DNA of 64,000 bases, from the NCBI GenBank assembly GCA_950097015.1, contig CATNEN010000033.1, positions 1,488,001-1,552,000 on the forward strand, given 5' to 3'. Below, one piece after another: positions 59,621 to 64,000 of this stretch. The DNA comes from Macrostomum hystrix. Its lineage: Eukaryota; Animalia; Platyhelminthes. Numbering within the stretch: position 1 is the stretch's first letter; each line of letters starts with the position of its first letter. The notes under the pieces were generated by a model that searched no databases, was not told where the DNA came from, and saw nothing but the letters and a program-made list of their open reading frames with translations. A program made the translations under genes and the position numbers.

Positions 59621-60937
59621 CGGCTTCTCGGCTGCCACAGCCGCTGACTGGGCTGACTGGGCCGGGACGCAGCGGTCATGGTACTGGCTGGGAACGAACA
59701 ATTCGTGCGTTGTACAGTTGTACGATTTACAATTTTATTTTCACGTGTCTTAAAAAGTCCTAAAATTAGATTAGAGAAGATCAGCTGATGATCTTACTTG
59801 ATATGAAATAATTAATGTTCACTTTTTTTATTGTACATTTTATACCAGGTAGAAATTCTAACGAACTTGGAGAAAACACAGATAAGTTCCGTATCGTGAA
59901 AAAGATTTTCAAAACGTTTGCTTCATTAGAAAGAGAATAAATCTCTTACAATTTATCTGAAGCCTGTGCGTCTACCTGTTTTATCAAGTGAGCGGTGCTT
60001 AAATAAGGCTCCACGGCACAACCCCACGCTACAATTTATCTCCCCTTAGCAAAAAACAAGCCCAGCGATACTCCCCAAATCCCATAGCCACCGGCATTAG
60101 CACTCCAAGCTGCTGGGAGCAAATCCTTATAGGGAGCAGAATTGCCTATTGAAGAAGGCCAAGTCTTTAAACAGGGACCGCTCGTTTGGACCGGAAATTC
60201 TCCAGCACCGACCCGCCTAGCAACAAGCCAAGCTACATACGCCCAAACAGATTCGCTAATGCTGCCCAGTTACAGTTGATTAATTTCTCTCCATTTACCT
60301 TTTCCTGCCCAATAAGGGAAGGTGCTTAGCAGCAGTTTTTATGGTCGATTATTGTATTTAATCCCCGGCCAATAGTCTATGACTGTTATTTAACTGACCG
60401 GCCCAATAAATAAATCATTTCCTCGACCTGGCCATTAAACGCCCCCATGGCAAAATTCAACGTTCAACAAACGAAGAACCATTTATTTACGTGACAGAAC
60501 AACAACCACTTCGTCGTCGACTCTCGCTAAATTCAGGATCCTTCCAGAAACTCGAATCCTTCTTACTGGTGTTTTGAAAGTAGTACTGGATCATTAATTA
60601 AATTAGAAACTCCGACGGACCTACAGGCGCACTTTCCATGCCAATTGATTCAGTTGAACAACCAACTAAACTTTGTCGTTTTGGGCACAGAAAAATAGCT
60701 GTATCTTCACGGCCATAGACAACTTTCAGGAGGGTTCCAGACTGCGCCTCGGCCAATTCTGTTAGATTCTGTTAGATTCTGTTAGATTCGGTTAGAACCA
60801 AACGGTATAACCTCCTGATTGTCACCATGTTCTGACTCAGCATCTTCGCATTATCTCCGTTTGTCTTGAACCTCGCTTTTATCTACTCTTATACTGTACT
60901 TTAGCAGGCCTGTTCCTTCAGCTATTCCTTTCCCACA

Positions 60938-61420
60938 GCTAGCTACTCCTGTCCCTCAGCTAGCTACTCCTGTCCCTCAGCTAGCTACTCCTGTCCCTCA
61001 GCTAGCTACTCCTGTCCCTCAGCTAGCTACTCCTGTCCCTCAGCTAGCTACTCCTGTCCCTCAGCTAGCTACTCCTGTACATCAGCTAGCTACTTCTACT
61101 CCTGTACATCAGCTAGCTACTGACTAGCTCCCCTGTCCCCTCAGCTAGCTACTCCTGTCCCTCAGCTAGCTACTCCTGTCCGCTCAGCTAGCTAGCTACT
61201 CCTGTGCCTCAGCTAGCTACTCCTGTCCCTCAGCTAGCTACTCCTGTCCCTCAGCTAGCTACTCCTGTCCCTCAGCTAGCTACTCCTGTCCCTCAGCTAG
61301 CTACTCCTGTCCCTCAGCTAGCTACTCCTGTACATCAGCTAGCTACTCCTGTCCCTCAGCTAGCTACTCCTGTCCCTCAGCTAGCTACTCCTGTCCCTCA
61401 GCTAGCTACTCCTGTACATC
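60938..61420. repeat. 21-bp tandem array GCTAGCTACTCCTGTCCCTCA
   Basis: About 22 visible copies. Confidence 0.93.
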
Positions 61421-62231
61421 ACTCAGATTTGGACTCACCTCTTGTTGAAGTAGCTGAAAAGCACACCGGTGGTTTCTCGCTGCATTTCTCAATAGCACTG
61501 CTCAAACTAAAGACGCACAACTGATGTTTTCGCAATTTCTCGGCCTGTCCAATCCTACCTACGTCTTGGCTTAAAAAGGAGGTGAAATTGTACGAGACTA
61601 ACGGAGCCTTTGCTTTTTGAAAAGCAAAAAAAATTCACTATTTTGAGGAGGCCAGTAATAGAGGCAGAGAGCGACCCACGAGGTGGGTGGGGCGGTTGCT
61701 GACGCGTTGCTAAGGACAACCCAAGCTTGGGACAGAAGCAACGGTGTACAAGCTGCTCTGCCCTGCTGTCTGCCCGGCTTAACTGGCAGTTGCTGCTCAC
61801 TGCTCAGTCTCCTAACAGACGCCCAGCTCAATTAAGAGGCCAGAACTCATGGACTCACCCTGAGCTGGGTGCGGGCTTGGGGCGGTTGATCTCTTCATTG
61901 AGCTCAGACTTTTCTGCTCTTTTGCTGCTTTTTAGCTAGCCCAAGAATTAATGTGCGATAGGTACAGGGGGGACAGGGAGAGCGCCCTCACACCATACAT
62001 TCCTAAGTCTGCACCTGATAACAGGACAAGCAGACAATGGAAGATTGACTGACAGCTGTCAGATGCGGGGAAATTCACTTTGCTCTGATTATTCCATCAG
62101 CAGTTTCGCGTTCCGTATATTGCGATCTCCTTTGAAGCAGCGTGCAGCTAGTTGTCAGTCTCAAGTCTCAATCCCAAAATATCCCCAAAAAGGCTATGTA
62201 AAATCCCGTTTCCCATCGGATCTCAGGACAT

Positions 62232-62762
62232 GGGAACCAGACTCACGTCACCTTGAGGACTTGGAATCAGACTCACGTCACCTTGAGGACTTGGAATCAG
62301 ACTCACGTCACCTTGAGGACTTGGAATCAGACTAACATCCCCTTAAGGGACATAGGATCGACTCCCATCCCCTTGAGAATATGGGATCAGACACATCCCT
62401 TGAGAATATGGGATCAGACACATCCCTTGAGAATATGGGATCAGACACATCCCTCGAGGATATGGGATCAGACACATCCCTTGAGAATATGGGATCAGAC
62501 ACATCCCTTGAGAATATGGGATCAGACACATCCCTTGAGAATATGGGATCAGACACATCCCTTGAGAATATGGGATCAGACACATCCCTTGAGAATATGG
62601 GATCAGACACATCCCTTGAGAATATGGGATCAGACACATCCCTTGAGAATATGGGATCAGACACATCCCTTGAGAATACGGGATCAGACACATCCCTTGA
62701 GAATATGGGATCAGACACATCCCTCGAGGATATGGGATCAGACACATCCCTTGAGAATATGA
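62232..62762. repeat. Compound array: 30-bp ATCAGACTCACGTCACCTTGAGGACTTGGA then the related 27-bp GATCAGACACATCCCTTGAGAATATGG
   Basis: About 3.5 plus about 14 visible copies. Confidence 0.92.
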
Positions 62763-63379
62763 GACCACGTTGCGATCCTTTTCATGTCCAATGATTCGAA
62801 CACGCAAAGACTATCAAAGTATGCTAAGCTGCGTGAGGTCACGCTATCGACTTGAAGATGCCCAAATTCATTGGCCCTAATATCAGACATTGTGGGGCAG
62901 CCTTAGACTGCTCCGGCACAGCGGCCGCCAGGACATTAATTCAATTTCCATTTGGTGTTCCTCATTATTTGTCTTAAAAATGTGCCTCCAGTCCTGCTGC
63001 CCCACTCGATATGCGGCAGGGATCGCAGATGCTGCCTTGACGGGTCGCCAAGGTGAAATGCAATTTTGCCCAGCCAATTTCCCATTCTCAGCCACGAGGC
63101 TAGGAGGAATGGAACTCGGCTTCCTGTCCGACTGTTGGGATGGAAAGGATAGCAAAGAATCAGTACTGTATATTATTAGAATCATAAGTTGTAGTTTTTG
63201 AAAAGACTCACTCAGCGAAGGAGGACCTGCAGCTAGAATCGCAGAAGGAATCGCAGGAGGAATCGCAGGAGGAATCGCAGGAAGATTCCCAGCGAGAATC
63301 GTAGCAGGAGGATACGCAACTAAAATCAAATCGCTACCAAGATCGTTGAATCTTATCCATAGATCGCTGCTCTGATAGC

Positions 63380-63612
63380 TGTGTCTCCTGCGATTCTATC
63401 TGTGCCTCCTGCGATTCTAGCTGTGTGTCCTACGATTATATTTGTGTCTCCTGCGATTCTATCTGTCTCCTGCGATTCTATCTGTGTCTCCTGCGATTCT
63501 ATTTGTGTCTCCTGCGATTCTATTTGTGTCTCCTGCGATTCTATTTGTGTCTCCTGCGATTCTTTCTGTGTCTCCTGCGATTCTATTGTGTCTCCTGCGA
63601 TTCTAGCTGTGA
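63380..63612. repeat. 21-bp tandem array GTGTCTCCTGCGATTCTATTT
   Basis: About 10 visible copies. A 12-bp GCAGGAGGAATC microarray is present at 63230-63310. Confidence 0.88.
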
Positions 63613-64000
63613 ATCCGTCATATGATTTTAACCGAGTTGTTCCAGATCCCACAACAAGCCCAACCTGTGACATTTTGTTGACAACCTGGCAGGCAGCAAT
63701 TGTCATTGTACGGGGGATTCGCGCTGGGGTCAGCGACATTTTACTAGTTAAGCATTTGGCGCGAGAATTCTCTGATTGCCCTATAAGAAGTGGAGCAGCC
63801 AGAGAGTGGGTGAGATGCGGGCCGAATCTGGCCAGTCCCATGGCTGGCCTGAATTTGCATGCAGTTTCTCCTATGCTGTTGCCTACTGCTGGCTGGTCTA
63901 CTGGCTGGCTGGTCGAATCTCGCTTGGCTGCAGCACTTGAATCCGGGACTGGCGCATCCACTGCACTGTCAGCGGCCTGTCTGTCATCGCCTACCATAAT

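Noticed and set aside
62883-63997. Minus-strand ORFs (63353-63997, 62883-63329) as exons of a gene entering from the window edge
   Set aside because: There are no recognisable motifs, part of the sequence is repeat-derived, and no splice chain could be established.

Overview
This is eukaryotic (metazoan) genomic DNA: GT-AG spliced genes, a eukaryotic tRNA, and a very high load of private tandem repeats. It resembles a free-living flatworm such as Macrostomum, which is an inference and cannot be proven from this window. Nine spliced or intronless genes can be reconstructed: proteasome beta5 (5'-incomplete), a cytosolic sulfotransferase, actin, a WS/DGAT acyltransferase, an orphan 259-aa membrane protein, TMEM181, a ~1960-aa DUF4062-NACHT (NWD-like) protein with a C-terminal Dpy-30 motif, a GPI-anchored Ly6/quiver-like protein, and a C2orf50-like protein. 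There is also a small secreted peptide precursor and tRNA-Trp(CCA). Mobile DNA comprises a complete but decayed Mag-like Ty3/Gypsy element (143-bp LTRs, 5-bp TSD) inside a satellite, a 2-kb RT-RNaseH-Zn non-LTR fragment inserted cleanly into a 37-bp satellite, a Crypton-type tyrosine recombinase ORF, two tRNA-derived SINEs, a hAT MITE nested in a MULE-like foldback element, and other small inverted-repeat elements. About 30 tandem arrays of 12-63 bp are present and most long low-complexity ORFs in the track are artefacts of them. The most notable items are the NACHT+Dpy-30 architecture, the TSD-less RT insert in a satellite, a small dispersed element whose sub-segments have been amplified into different satellites, the Crypton recombinase, and the acidic-pro/basic-tail peptide. 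All of this was read by eye with no database searches.
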